Source: Eledone cirrhosa (taxonomy: Eukaryota). From it: a stretch of 64,000 nt of DNA. Positions within the stretch are counted from its first letter, which is position 1. Each line of letters starts with the position of its first letter. The stretch spans positions 1,674,001 through 1,738,000 of the forward strand of contig OZ024763.1 of assembly GCA_964016885.1 (NCBI GenBank), read 5' to 3'. The notes under the pieces are model-generated. The model did not search any database. It saw only the letters and a list, made by a program, of their open reading frames with translations, and had not been told where the DNA came from. Of the stretch, positions 31,475-44,877 are shown in pieces. The position numbers were made by a program, and so were the translations under genes.

Positions 31475-31478
<4 letters not shown>
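31260..31478 (+). mobile_element. third tRNA-derived SINE family
   Basis: TGGCTGAGTGG A box, TTCGATTCC B box, CCTTGAGCAAGACACTT; copies at 41177-41400, 56470-56685 and 28180-28340. Confidence 0.75.
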
Positions 31479-31513
<35 letters not shown>

Positions 31514-31517
<4 letters not shown>

Positions 31518-31706
31518 TTAATATAGATGAGATTCTACAGGACTAGAACTGTTTCATTCTTTAGAAATCATCAGGAATCCTGATGATTTCTAAAGAATGA
31601 AACAGTTCTAGTCCTGTAGAATCTCATCTATATTAAAACTTTTATACTCTGCAATGTATTGAGTACCTTACTTACTGTGGTTACCTCCGATTCAACCCGG
31701 AATAAT

Positions 31707-31710
<4 letters not shown>
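31514..31710. mobile_element. palindromic pLTR-like element, family J
   Basis: perfect palindrome 31514-31640 centred at 31577 plus 3' extension; (TA)n flanks. Confidence 0.7.
31580..31615 (+). ncRNA. hammerhead-like motif, family J (mirrored at 31539-31574 on minus)
   Basis: CTGATGA-TTTC taaa GAAT-GAAA-CAGT-TC-TAGTCCT. Confidence 0.55.
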
Positions 31711-31751
<41 letters not shown>

Positions 31752-31861
31752 ATAGTCAAACCATGACTCTTTTCCTATTTCCCACTCTACTACCCTAAGT
31801 ATCGAGTACTCTGGTGCTTTATGGTCCACCTGGTATCTTACCACACTTTCTTTGTTTTATA

Positions 31862-32182
31862 TATCATCATCATCATCATCATTTTTACGTCCGCTTTACC
31901 CAGCTTGCAGGGGTGGGGGGACGGGAACTGATTCTGGCTTGATTTCTACAGCTGGATGCCCTTCCTAACATCAACCTCATTTACAGTGAGTGCTGGCACC
32001 TCCATGACCACTTTGCAGCGGAATGATAGGGACCCCAATCATTTCTACAGCTGAGTAAACTGGAGCAATGTGAAATAAAGTGTCTTGCTCAAGGAAACAA
32101 CAACACATCACCCGGTCTGAGAATTGAACTCACAACCTTTCGATTGCAAGGCCAATGCTCTAACCACTAAGCCATGTGCCTC

Positions 32183-32184
<2 letters not shown>
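31862..32184 (-). mobile_element. same SINE family
   Basis: collinear with other copies. Confidence 0.85.
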
Positions 32185-32225
<41 letters not shown>

Positions 32226-34030
32226 GGCACCAGTGTTAGGGTTATTTCTCCTGACCAATTCTTCCTGGCTAGTTCTTCTTTTTCCTGGTACCATACTTAA
32301 ACTTATAATTACTCTGTGATTTTGTCCTTGGAAATTGTACCATACACAGTAGGCATGCAAGGGGAGGAGTAAGCTGTGTTGGGAAAGACCCGTCCAACCC
32401 ATGTAAGCTTGGAAAAGCCGACATAATAGAATGATGATGATGATAATATTTCCCTGTGTCTATACACATGGGAAGAAGTTGCACTCAGGCAGTTGTATAC
32501 ACATATAATTAATTGAGTATGTATTGTGCGTGTATATATTAATTGTGTGTGTATATATGCATATAAATATATATGTATAAATATGTATGCGTGTATATAT
32601 ATATATATAAATGTATATGTATAAATATATATGCATGAATATGTATGTGCGTATATATATATAAATATGTATAACTATATATGTATGAATATGTATGTGT
32701 GTATATATATATAAATATATATGTATAAATATATATGTATGAATATAAATGTTTGTATATATATATAAAAATAGATGTATAAATATATATGCATGAATAT
32801 GTATGTGCGTATATATATATAAATATGCATAACTATATATGTATGAATATGTATGTGTATATATATGTATGTGTGTATGTATATATATATATATATATAT
32901 ATACATACATATATATATATACATATATATGATTGTGGACCTTTGCTTCTGTGTTGGTGTTTTTGTGTGCATGTTTGTGTGTGTGTGCATGTGTGTGTGT
33001 ATGTTGGTGTGACTTAGTACATTATTCTCTTGTGAAGGACAAGATAAAAGAAAATATAAGGATTGGTTGAATGTCAAAAGACTGAGACTGGAAACCAAAA
33101 ACAAAACAAAACAAAAAAACAAACAATTGTCTTTCTTTTTCGGAAAGAAAAGAACATTCGTTCCTCTGAAGAATTGGATTAGAAATGACCAACATCTTGG
33201 CAACTATTTTTGTAGCATTAATCTTCACAGGTAATCAGTGAGGTCAACTGCATTAGATAGAGAAAATTGTGCCTGATTCATAAACTTGGGAGGTATCTAA
33301 CTAACTATACGTGCTTTTCAACGCAGTAAACAGCATCTTTTTGTGATTCAATACAGCAGCCGTAATGTCCCTGTCATTCAGTTAATTAGAGATAAAAGGG
33401 GATAGAAATTCCTCTATGTGAATTTCATTCATGTGTCTCTGTGGCGCTTTAATTAGTCCTTTACCTAAGTTTCCTCATAGTTAGCAGTCCTTAGGCTAAT
33501 CTAATCAGCAGAATTTTGTTTTTAGAACCCAGCTGGAGTTGAAAGATTTTCATGAATGCCAGAGTTCTAGGAGTTAGGTTCTTGAAGAGATGAAATTTTC
33601 GGTTAAATAATGAATGCCACAAAAACAGTAATCTAATATGTGTATATGTCAGAAATGAAGCTAATAACTAATTCACTAAGGATGGCCAACATTTTTATTG
33701 TATAAGTCAAAGAATTAGGCTATTTTCTTAGTTTAGTTCCGTTATTTATTTAGTTAGTTTTAAATATATCATCATCATCATACGTCTGCCTTTCCCTGCT
33801 TGCAAGGGTGGGACGGGTCCTATTCAGCACAGCATCTCTCCACTTCTCACGGCCCTTCGTCATCTCCTCCGTGAGCTTCAGCAATCTGAGGTCTGCTCTC
33901 ACCATCTCCGCTCATATATATGTTTTAAATATATATATATGTATATAGAAATAATAAATGGAGAGATGCTGTCCTTAATAGAACCCATCCCATCCTTGCA
34001 AGCAGGGAAAAGCGGACATAAAATGATGAT

Positions 34031-34089
<59 letters not shown>

Positions 34090-34092
<3 letters not shown>

Positions 34093-34580
34093 AGGTCGAA
34101 ACAAATGAGATCGTGTAGGTGTCACGACAAAAAAACACACAGTCCACGCTGTAATGTGGCCGTGTAGGCAACACGGTAAAAACCTCCCAGACCCACACTG
34201 TAAATGTGGTTGGTGTTAGGAAGGGCATCCAACTGTAGAAAACCCGCCAGACAGTCCACGCTGTAATGTGGCCGTGTAGGCAACACGGTAAAAACCTCCC
34301 AGCCCCACACTGTAAATGTGGTTGGTGTTAGGAAGGGCATCCAACTGTAGAAAACCCGCCAGACAGTCCACGCTGTAATGTGGCCGTGTAGGCAACACGG
34401 TAAAAACCTCCCAGCCCACACTGTAAATGTGGTTGGTGTTAGGAAGGGCATCCAACTGTAGAAAACCTGCCAGACAGTCCTATGCGAGCAAGACAATCAC
34501 TCTTGCCTCAAGTGGGAAAACCCCCGTCCAAACCCATGCAAGCGTGGAACACGGACGTTAAACGTTGATGATGATGATGA
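34090..34580 (+). mobile_element. SINE 3' part with a 112-bp internal triplication
   Basis: three 112-bp units then tail ACCCATGCAAGCGTGGAACACGGACGTTAAACG(ATG)n; single-unit copies at 55249-55520 and 29715-29982. Confidence 0.75.
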
Positions 34581-34811
34581 TATATATATATATCCATGCT
34601 AGCATGGAAAATGGATGTTAAACGATATATATATATATATATTTTTTTTTTCTTTAAAAAAAATTTATTTTAACCATTTTGTTTTTTAAATTTAAATTTT
34701 TCCTTTTCTTTAAATAGTACCTCGCCTAAAAATTTACCGTTTCCTCTGTGAATATATTCTGTCATTAAATAGATATATTTCATTCACATAACTACAAGTT
34801 TCATATATTAT

Positions 34812-35338
34812 GTTTCTTTTCTTTCTTCTTCTTCTTCTTCTTCTTCTTCTTCTTCTTTTTCTTCTTTTTCTTCTTTTTCTTCTTCTTCACCTTATTCTTC
34901 TTCTTCACCTTCTTCTTCTTCTTCTTCTTCTTCTTCTTCTTCTTCTTCTTCTTCTTCTTCTTCTTCACATTCTTCTTCTTCTTCACCTTCTTCTTCACCT
35001 TCTTCTTATTCTTCTTCTTCACCTTCTTCTTCTTCTTCTTCACCTTATTCTTTTTCTTATTCTTCTTCTTCACCTTATTATTTTTCTTCTTCTTCTTCTT
35101 CACCTTATTCTTTTTCTTCTTTTTCTTCACCTTATTCTTTTTCTTCTTCTTCTTCTTCTTCTTCACCTTATTCTTTTTCTTCTTTTTCTTTTTCTTCTTC
35201 CTCTTCACCTTCTTCTTCTTCTTCGCCTCCTCCTCTTTCTTCTTCGTTTCCTCCTCCTCCTTCTTCTTCTTCGCCTCCTCCTCCTTCTTCTTCTTCGTTT
35301 CCTCCTCCTTCTTCTTCTTCTCCTCCTTCTTCTTCTCA
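34812..35338. repeat. (CTT)n microsatellite
   Basis: direct inspection. Confidence 0.95.
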
Positions 35339-35685
35339 TTATTATTGTTATTTCCCTTATTGTGCCAAGAAATAACAATATCCATAATTTGTAAATGTTC
35401 TAAAGAAAAAAAACAAACAGCTAAACCCAAAAAAAAAAAAAAAAAAAAAAAGAATTTCACAACAATGGCTGCGGGTTTGGGTTCTGTTGGCTATTGGAAT
35501 ATTTGGTTTCTAGGCAGAGACTTGGCTGGGTGGTTAAGGAATTCACTTCAAGATCCCCTGTTTTTGGCTGGGTCCCTCCAAATTTGATGGTATCTTGGGT
35601 AAATGTCTTCTGGGTTGGCTATAAGAATTAAGTTCCTGACCTGACGACTTGTCCAACCCATGCCAGCATGGACAGCTGATATATA

Positions 35686-36495
35686 TGATGTTGTTGTTGA
35701 TGGTGATGGTGATGACGGTGTTGATGATGATGATGGTGATGGTGATGACGATGGTGGTGATGACCGTGATTGTGATGACGATGACGATGGTGGTGATGAT
35801 GATGACGATGACGGTGGTGGTGATGATGATGGTGATGACGATGGTGATGACGATGGTGGTGAATGTGATGGCGAAGATGACTAATGATGGTGGTGATGAC
35901 CGTGATTGTGATGACGATGATGATGGCGATGATGATGATGACAATGATGACAACGATGGTGATGATGATGATGATGATGATGATGACAATGACGATGATG
36001 ATGGTGGTGATGATGATGATGATGACAATGACGATGGTGATGGTGGTGATGATGATGATGACGATGATGACAATGACGATGGTGATGGTGGTGGTGGTGA
36101 TGATGACGATGATGACAATGACGATGGTGATGATGGTGGTGGTGATGATGATGATGATGACAATGACGATGGTGATGGTGGTGATGATGATGATGACAAT
36201 GACGATGGTGATGGTGGTGATGATGATGATGACGATGATGACAATGACGATGGTGATGATGGTGGTGGTGATGATGATGGTGATAACGATGGTGATGACG
36301 ATGGTGGTGAATGTGATGGCGAAGATGACTAACGATGGTGATGATGACAACAATGTTGGTGACGGTGTTGATGGTGATGATGACAGCGATGTTGGTGACA
36401 GTGTTGATGGTGATTGATGGCAGCGATGTTGGTGACGGTGTTGATGATGATGATGGCAGCGATGTTGGTGACGGTGTTGATGATGATGGTGGTGG
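35686..36495. repeat. (GAT/GGT/GAC)n cryptic triplet repeat
   Basis: direct inspection; similar (CAT/CAC)n at 2660-3085 and (AGT/GGT)n at 58508-59165. Confidence 0.93.
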
Positions 36496-36567
36496 CAGCA
36501 GCAGTGGCCACACCACCACCGACAATACACAAACCTCAGTCAACACCAGACAAGAATGTCTTCTTAC

Positions 36568-36689
36568 TTTGTGTATAAATCTATGGCATTCAACAGTTCT
36601 CCTTCATAACCTGCGAGATTTACAGCCTGGGGATTCACTAAAGACACCTCCATTCCTTTCTCTTCCATTAAATGAGCAAATGGAAAAAC
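36568..36689 (-). CDS. VWA3B: VWA3B-like exon
   Basis: ctaccag|GTT...AA|gtaaga; VFPFAHLMEEKGMEVSLVNPQAVNLAGYEGELLNAIDLYT, like VFPLAHV...LINPQGAKL; phase 0 to 2. Confidence 0.88.
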
Positions 36690-36864
36690 CTGGTAGACAA
36701 ATAAAAAACAAAAGTTAAAACAATGGAACATTTCCAGAAGACATTCTTGATATTTTATTTATAGGAACCAGGGTTCCTCCGAAGGGTCTTTGAGGTAACG
36801 TTACTTGATAGTTCATAACTCAGAGATCAGAGTCACTCCAAGTAGAGCTGCTACTTCTCCGAAT

Positions 36865-37735
36865 TGAAAGATCACAGCTCCAATACTATTGGCTTGTGGT
36901 TAGAATGTCTCAGGAAAGAATCACTGGACAGATTTGAGAGATCACAGCTCTGATATTAGGGACATGTGGTGGTTAGAATGTCTCAGGAAAGAATCACTGG
37001 ACAGATTTGAGAGATCACAGCTCTGATATTAGGGACATGTGGTGGTTAGAGTGTCTCAGTAAAGAATAGCTGGACAGATTTGAGAGATCACAGCTCTGAT
37101 ATTAGGGACATGTGGTGGTTAGAATGTCTCAGGAAAGAATCACTGGACAGATTTAAGAGATCACAGCTCTGATATTAGGGACATGTGGTGGTTAGAATGT
37201 CTCAGGAAAGAATCACTGGACAGATTTGAGAGATCACAGCTCTGATATTAGGGACATGTGGTGGTTAGAGTGTCTCAGGAAAGAATCACTGGACAGATTT
37301 GAGAGATCACAACTCTGATATTAGGGACATGTGGTGGTTAGAGTGTCTCAGGAAAGAATCACTGGACAGATTTGAGAGATCACAACTCTGATATTAGGGA
37401 CATGTGGTGGTTAGAGTGTCTCAGGAAAGAATCACTGGACAGATTTGAGAGATCACAACTCTGATATTAGGGACATGTGGTTAGAGTGTCTCAGGAAAGA
37501 ATAGCTGGACAGATTTGAAAGATCACAGCTCTGATATTAGGGACATGTGGTGGTTAGAGTGTCTCAGGAAAGAATCACTGGACAGATTTGAGAGATCACA
37601 GCTCTGATATTAGGGACATGTGGTGGTTAGAATGTCTCACCAAAGAATCACTGGACAGATTTGAGAGATCACAGCTCCGATATTAGGAACATGTGGTGGT
37701 TAGAGTGTCTCAGGAAAGAATAGCTGGACAGATTT
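36865..37735. repeat. 73-bp tandem repeat, about 12 copies
   Basis: GAGAGATCACAGCTCTGATATTAGGGACATGTGGTGGTTAG...GGACAGATTT. Confidence 0.93.
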
Positions 37736-38015
37736 TACAGACAGAATCAACCGACAGGAGACCCAGGGGTAGAATTCCTGAGCAAGATGGTTGGATAACA
37801 TCCATGAACTGGGCTGGTCTCATTGGTGATCCAGCCAGATCAATTGGAGACAGTTGCTTCTGACAGAACCTGCAGTTCAATGTCCAGTCTGGTCAATTAG
37901 TTAATTGACCAGCCACATAGCTTCTCTAAATTTGTAAAGACAAAGGGGTGCAGGTGAGGGAGAATGAAAGACATAAATCCCCATCCCTCATGAAATTAAA
38001 TGTGTTACTACTTAC

Positions 38016-38178
38016 CTCATCAAAAACCCTTGATAAGACATATTTGTTAAGTATAGGGATGTACTTGGCACGGTGGGGGATACGTGTTGGAGAAAGAAGG
38101 TCAAGGACAGTCAATTTCTTTTTTCTAAGGCCGTTATGACTCAACCATTCTTGTATACTGGATCTTGGCTTCTTCTCT
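38016..38178 (-). CDS. VWA3B: VWA3B-like exon
   Basis: ccttgcag|A...GAG|gtaagt; SSIQEWLSHNGLRKKKLTVLDLLSPTRIPHRAKYIPILNKYVLSRVFDE, like SSENWLKTYGLVAKKLTLMDAL...VVSKVFDE. Confidence 0.88.
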
Positions 38179-38433
38179 CTGCAAGGTAGCGACAAAACAT
38201 TACCATATATACTGGAATACAGGCCAAATCCCTATTTTATGTCTGCGAAATGGGCAAAAATACAAACCCCGTTTCTAAACCAAGGCAGCTAATAAACACA
38301 TTATGGTGAGATTGCAAATATAAGCCAACTCCCTGCCCACCTCAGATTTTGTTTTCAGTTTAAATTCATGGAGAGTGGCTTTAAGACATTGCCTGGTGTT
38401 GCCTTCCTCAGAGTCCAGGACAACTACAGCACG

Positions 38434-39010
38434 TTAACCCTTTAGCATTTAAATTACTTTATATTTACTATTGTATTTTCACGGTAAAGGCTTTACCTTA
38501 CTTAATATCTCATATAACATTTACATTACTCTATATATACTATTGTATTGTCACAGTAAAGGCTTTACCTCACATAATATCTCACATAACATTTACATTA
38601 CTCTATATATACTATTGTATTGTCACAGTAAAGGCTTTACCTCACATAATATCTCACATAACATTTACATTACTCTATATATACTATTGTATTTTCACGG
38701 TAAAGGCTTTATCTTACATAATATCTCACATAACATTTACATTACTCTATATATACTATTGTATTTTCATGGTAAAAGCTCTACCTTACATAATATCTCA
38801 CATAATATTTACATTACTCTATATATACTATTGTATTTTCACGGTAAAGGCTTTACCTTACATAATATCTCACATAATCTCGAATCTATGTGATTTTGAT
38901 ATTATTTATTTTGAGAACATAAATATGAGTAGCAAGTTACAGCTGGTTTGAGCAGAAAGAGGTGAGAAAATTCTGGCCAGATATGGCCGGTTTAAATACT
39001 AAAGGGTTAA
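38434..39010. mobile_element. piggyBac-like MITE containing a 72-bp tandem array
   Basis: TTAA|CCCTTTAGCATTTAAA ... TTTAAATACTAAAGGG|TTAA; about six 72-bp units at 38460-38880. Confidence 0.7.
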
Positions 39011-39709
39011 AGATCAAAACTGAAATATGGATGGATGATGGATTAAAACAACTTTTTCTTTGGTGACATATTTCTTGGTTAATATTTGAGTATATGCAAT
39101 AAGTCAATAAATATCCACGTGATGGACGTCTTAGGTTACACAATGAAAGATATGATCTTCTTCCCAGTTAGCAAAGGGTTTCTGATTTAGACACAAGGCC
39201 GACAATTTTTGAGGGAGGGGAAAGTTGGTTATGTCGCGAAGCAGGGTGTCTGATGCTCTATTGGTTACTGCCAATCCACCACCCTAATAATAATTGTTTC
39301 TATTTTGGCACAAGGCCAGCAATTACCCCAATGCGTTACTGGTACTTTAGTTTATCGATCCCGTAATAATAATAATAATAATAATAGTTTCTGATCTAGG
39401 CACAAGGCCAACAATTTGGGGAGAGGGGAAAGTCGATTAAATCTACCCCCAGTGCATTACTGGTACTTTATTTTATAAATAATAATAATGGTTTCTGATT
39501 TAGGCACAAGGCCAGCAATTTGAAGGGAAGGAGAAAAGTTGATTAAATCAACCCCAGTGTATTACTGGTACTTTATTTTATCGACCCCCCGTAAGGATGA
39601 AAGGCAAAGTTAACCACGGCGGGAGTTGACCTCAGATCATAATTGACCTAACAATAACCTCCCAATTGATCAAAGATCAATCAGCTGATAATTATTGATC
39701 ACTACTTAC

Positions 39710-39767
39710 GTTGGTGTTGATGATTGATTTTGACACACATGGTAGCTGGCCTCTTGTCTTTCACATT
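39710..39767 (-). CDS. VWA3B: candidate small VWA3B-like linker exon
   Basis: cttacag|AA...AC|gtaagt; 58 nt, supplies the phase 1 to 2 shift needed between flanking exons; no recognisable homology. Confidence 0.6.
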
Positions 39768-40434
39768 CTGTAAGATAATGGTTTTTGAGGTTAAGAAAAA
39801 TGTTGTTTCTGCTGTTGTTGTTGTTATTGTTGTTGTAGTTGTTGTTGTTGCAGATGATTTCATTGCTGCTACTACTGTTGTTGTAGTTGTTGTTGTTGCA
39901 GATGATTTCATTGCTGCTACTACTACTGTTGTTGTTGTTGTTGTTGTTGCAAATGATTTCACTGTCGTTGTTGTTGTTGTTTAGTCCCAGGTTTGCCCTG
40001 ATTCAACAGACATATAAAGAACTTCCAGCCAACACGTACCCATTTTTGTTTGTTTTTTATATCTAAAACTTCATTTTTCTAATGTGCAGTTTTTCCCCAA
40101 ACATTTTTTTTAGAGAGTTGTCCCCTTTTAGAGAGTTTTCTTTTTTAGACAGTTGTCCTTTTTTAGAGAGTTGTCCCTTTTTAAAGAGTTGTCTCCCTTT
40201 AGAAAATATACATCATCAGCCTTTTGCCCCCCCTTCATTGTAAAGTTGATGAAATATTATACACTTAAAATAAACCTTTATAAGTGAGAATCTATCATAA
40301 ATCTATATATAAATTTGAGTGACTTCCATCTGTCCATCCGTTACAATGTGTGTGTGTGTGTGTGTGTGTTAATGTATGTGTGTGTAAAAAGAAGGAAGGG
40401 GATGGCAAAAATATATAGCAAAACTGTACTATTT

Positions 40435-40900
40435 AATCCCTTTGTTCTAAACTTGTACCCCCTAAAATATTTACTGCCCTATATTGTTGTACAACTAACA
40501 ATTCTTTGTTCTATAGTGTGAACCCCTTAAAATATTTACTGTCCTATAACTAACAATGCTTTGTCCTATAGTGTGAACCCTTTAAAATATTTTCTGTCCT
40601 ATAACTAAAAATGGTTTGTCCTGTAGTGTATATTCCCTAAAATATTTAATGTCCTAGGCCTATATTTAACTAACAATAATACTTTGTCCTATAATGTGAA
40701 CCCCCTAAAATATTTACTGTCCTATGTTGTTGTACAACTAACAATACTTTGTCCTATAGTGTTTGCCCCCTAAAATATTTACTGCCCTATGTTGTATAAA
40801 TAACACTTTGTCCTATAGTGTATACCCACTAAAATATTTGTCCTATGTTGTATAACTAGCAACACTTTGCACTATAGTATGTACCCACTAAAGTATTTCT
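40435..40900. repeat. diverged tandem repeat, unit about 60-70 bp
   Basis: recurrent CCCTAAAATATTTACTGTCCTA...TTTGTCCTATAGTGT. Confidence 0.75.
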
Positions 40901-41024
40901 TGCCATAAATTGTATACTCCTCTTCTTCTATATGATACACTCTTCTATGACACGGCACCGGGAGCTGCGGAGTAGTAATCTATTATAACATTTGTATAGT
41001 GTTCTATCTCTCAGTGGAGCTTAC

Positions 41025-41105
41025 TTCTTTCTTGGGGCTCCCTGCCAGCTGGTTCAGACTCTTTCCTTCTGGCTTTAAGTCTGAGATAACTTGTCCTTGT
41101 TGAAC
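41025..41105 (-). CDS. VWA3B: VWA3B-like exon
   Basis: atttcag|GT...A|gtaagc; GSTRTSYLRLKARRKE..., like VWA3B ESTKTSLLRS; phase 1 to 1. Confidence 0.75.
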
Positions 41106-41906
41106 CTGAAATTATAGTAAGAGAAACAAACTGGGGTTATAGGTTTATTAGATTTAGTATAGAGAATCAATCTAGTGAAGGCGTGTGGCTGGGTGGTTAC
41201 AGAATTGGATTCGTAATTGTAAGGTTGTGGGCTCGATTCCTGGACCGGGTGATGCGTTATGTCCTTGAGCAAGACACTTTATATCATGTTGATCCTTCTA
41301 CTTGGAGTTGTGACCAAAAGATAGTATTAGCAATTGGAAAGACCAACGGAAACATTGTTTCCTTGGTCCAATTTGATGAATGTTGATCGACTGTCGATAG
41401 AAAAGCTGAGTTTAACCCTTTAGCATTTAAACCAACTTTATCTGGCCAGAATTCTCTCACCTCTTTCTTTTCAAAATGGCCGCAACCAGCCACTGATGTT
41501 AAGGTATTGTTCTCAAAATAAATATTAAAATCGCATAGATTCGATTTTTCTTTCTTTTTTTTTTTCGCTCCTTATCAAGGAAAATGACCTCCAAACCAGT
41601 TAGAAATTATTAGTTTTGTAGAAAAAGAAGGGAAAAAAGGAGGGTGGGGTGGAAGGATTATTGGAGTTTCATACCCACCCCATCTCCTCTGTTTTCTTGA
41701 AAAAAAGTTGATTGCAAGCATCTTTGAGGTTAGATTAGTTGATAGAAGACAAAAAAAAAACAAGGGAAAAATATTTCCCCATTGAAATGGAAGGGTGGGT
41801 GTTCAATAAATATACCCAATTATTTGTAGACCCGCTCTCCTGGCTTAGAAAGTTAGTTATGCTGCTTTTAAAAAAAAATTAAGAATGAAAGAAATTTTGA
41901 TTTTAC

Positions 41907-42112
41907 CTGCAAAAAGAATGTTTTTCGGCTGTGAAGAAAATCTGGGAAGTTTCTCTTTATAACAGAATGTTCCAATGTTACTCATTGAAGAAGAACATCT
42001 TGGAATTGAATGATTTGTTGCATGAATTTGTTGCTGAACCATTGATTGACGAAGATATTTAGAAGGAAGATTTGGAGAAGCGGAACAATCACAGGACAAG
42101 GCTGGATTATTT
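41907..42112 (-). CDS. VWA3B: VWA3B-like exon, poorly conserved linker
   Basis: cttgtag|A...G|gtaaaa; open frame ending KNILFA; phases 2 to 1 fit both neighbours. Confidence 0.75.
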
Positions 42113-42253
42113 CTACAAGACAAATATAATTATCTTAAGTGTTCCTTCTTGAAACAACAAACCATTTTATTTTTTGTCAGAACAATACAATCATTGTCTA
42201 ACCTCTGTTTTCTCTGCTAGCAAAGGTTGGGCATTGCTATAGATCAGTCAGTA

Positions 42254-42463
42254 TTAACCCTTTAGCATTAAAACTGGCTGTATCTGGCCAGAATTCCCTC
42301 ACCTATTTCTGTTGAAAATAGCTGTAACCAGCCACTCATACTGTTAAGGTATTGTTCTTAAAATAAATAGCAAAATCTCATAGATTCAATATTATGTGAG
42401 CTAAAGTCTTTACTATGAAAATATAATAGTAAATATAGAGTAATGTAAATGGTAACGGGTTAA
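42254..42463. mobile_element. related TTAA-flanked MITE
   Basis: TTAA|CCCTTTAGCATT...GGG|TTAA; partial copies at 41412-41545, 43255-43303 and 43365-43450. Confidence 0.65.
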
Positions 42464-43094
42464 GGAAAGCCTCTGACTTTCAAGTTGGCTGAGGCCCCCG
42501 AAATATGATCCCATACTTTCCTGAGTTTATTTTATCATGGCACCAACACTAGGAAGTTGTCATGTCCTTGGCACAGCAGAAATGTCCTCCTGACCCTTTG
42601 TTTGGCAGGTTTTCTACAGCTGAATGCCCTTTCTATTACCAAACACTTTACAGTGTTTTCATTATAATGTAAAGAGTCCATTTTAAAAATAATAAAATCA
42701 ATAAAAATTATTGGTTACAAAAGAATTTATTATTACAATACAGAGCTGGTCTGCTCGAGAATGGGTGACAGGTGGCAGATAACAATATGGCCACCAGATA
42801 TGATGGTTAGTTGTGATATAAGCTGGCATCTGCCGGACGAACAAGCAACCCTGGACCAACAGCGATAAACTACTAGGGGAGATGGAGCAATGGTTGACAT
42901 CTTTAACTCCCAAGAAAACTCTCACAACCCAGTAATGTAGCTATGACGAGGCAAGTAAAGGGTGCCTCTAAAAAAGCATAGTCTTCACAGGTCTGAGAAA
43001 GTACCAGATTGGTGACTGGTGCAAATAAGACTACCAAAAGCTGCAATATGGTGAAAAAAAAGACAAAACAAAATACAAGTTGGTACCTGTTTAC

Positions 43095-43225
43095 CTTTTA
43101 TCCTTTATACGGTTTATTTCTTTCTGCCAAACTACAGTGCTGCAATGGTCTCTTAACTTTGATATAAAATCCAAGTTGTCAGACCCCTGTTTTAGTTCGT
43201 CTTCTAATAGATGCTGATCTTCACT
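43095..43225 (-). CDS. VWA3B: VWA3B-like exon
   Basis: aatcag|AGT...AG|gtaaac; SEDQHLLEDELKQGSDNLDFISKLRDHCSTVVW..., like VWA3B NEDLTLLVKEMEQGHSDL; phase 0 to 2. Confidence 0.85.
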
Positions 43226-43715
43226 CTGATTTTAAAACAAATACAAATAATACTGGGAAAAATACAATAGTATATATAGAGTAATGTGAATGGTAAAGGG
43301 TTAAAGTAACCCTTGATTGTTATCGTTTGTGAATTTAAAAGGGTTTTGTTTTCACAAACCTCATAGTGATTCAATATTATATTAGATAATTATATGGGAT
43401 AAAGCCTTTACCTTGAAAATACAATAGTAAATATAGAGCTAAAGGGTTAAGTTCAAAATGCATAGACAATTATCCTTTCTTGCTTCTGCTGGAATCTGCT
43501 AGATGGCGCTGGCTGTCAACCTTCTATTCATAGCTGGGATTTCAAAATATTTATTTATTAAACAGAGCGTATATCATTAGATATACAAAATTCACAAATA
43601 TATTTATTTATTTATTTATTTATTCTAAAATCAAGGTTTATGGGTAAACTTACAAGAATTCTGACAACGATTATTACAATTCTGAAGTAAACATAGTAAA
43701 TTAATCATAACTTAC

Positions 43716-43901
43716 TTTCCAAGAACGTGGCAGACAAATATGATCGTCTGAGTTGCAATAGCAATGATGATAATGGCCATTTGTTAGTCGAGAAAGTCTA
43801 GCAAGAAACTGATTAGCAGCCATGTCATAACAATTGAATGAGATTGTGTGGACAGCAACAGCAGGATACATTCTGACTTGTGATAAAATAAGTTTTTCTG
43901 G
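43716..43901 (-). CDS. VWA3B: VWA3B-like exon, VWA domain C-terminal part
   Basis: cttacag|CCA...AAA|gtaagt; 186 nt, PEKLILSQVRMYPAVAVHTISFNCYDMAANQFLARLSRLTNGHYHH...; not in ORF track. Confidence 0.9.
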
Positions 43902-44877
43902 CTGTAAGATATGATGATGTGAATGTGAGTGTGTGTGTGTGTGTGGGGGGGGGGGGTGAATGTGAGTGTGTGTGTGTGTGTGTGAGTGTATGTGTGGGAG
44001 TGTATGTGAGTGTGTGAGAGTGTGAGTGTGTGTGGTGGAGTTTGTGTGAGTGTGTGCGCGTGGGGGGGGGGTGAGTGTGTGTGTGTGTGTGGGAGTGTGT
44101 TGGAGTCTGTGTGAGGGGGGGGGGGGTGAATGTGAGTGTGTATGTGAGTGTATGTGTGAGTATGTGTGTAAGTGTGTGTGGGAGTGTATGTGAGTGAGTG
44201 TGTGTGTTGGAGTCTGTGAGAGTGAGTGTGTGTGTATGTATGTGTGTGTGTATGTGTGTGTGAGAGAGTGAGTGGGAGTGTGAGAGTGGGAGTGTATGTG
44301 AGTGTATGAGTGAGTGAGTGTGTGTTGGAGTCTGTGTGAGAGTGAGTGTGTGTGTATGTGTGGGAGTGTGTGTGTGAGAGAGGGTATATGTGTGTGTGTG
44401 TGTGTGTGTGTATGTGTTTGTGAGAGAGAAGGCGTGTGTGTGTCTTTGTGAGGGAGAAGGCGTGTATGAGTGTGTGTGTGAGAGTGAGAGAGTGTGTGTG
44501 TTGAAATGTCTGATTTTTAACAATTTCAATAACAATAACTTTTTCATTATATATATTTAAACAAGAACATGTATATATATATTTAGACATGTATATATAT
44601 ATATTTAGACATATATATATATATATATATTAAACTCTACATTGGTATTGAATATTTTCTCTCGGCTCTCAACCACATATGGCCCATGCTAGCATGAAAA
44701 AATGGACGTTAAATGGTGATGATGACATATATATAAGCAAATTGAGTTATATATAGTATTAACCCTACTATATATATATATATATGTGGAAGGAAGATGC
44801 AGTAGAGGAAGACTACGAAAAAGATGGGCAGAGATGGTGAGAGCAGACCTCAGATCGCTGAAGCTCATGAAGGACCG

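Noticed and set aside
34801-35460. Poly-Lys ORF and a strong acceptor at about 35400 as a VWA3B exon
   Set aside because: The ORF is a (CTT)n microsatellite; the required phase hits a stop after 13 codons, and the homologous exon is at 30038-30088.
35543-36546. Asp-, His- or Ser-rich ORFs
   Set aside because: Cryptic triplet repeat, open in nearly all frames.
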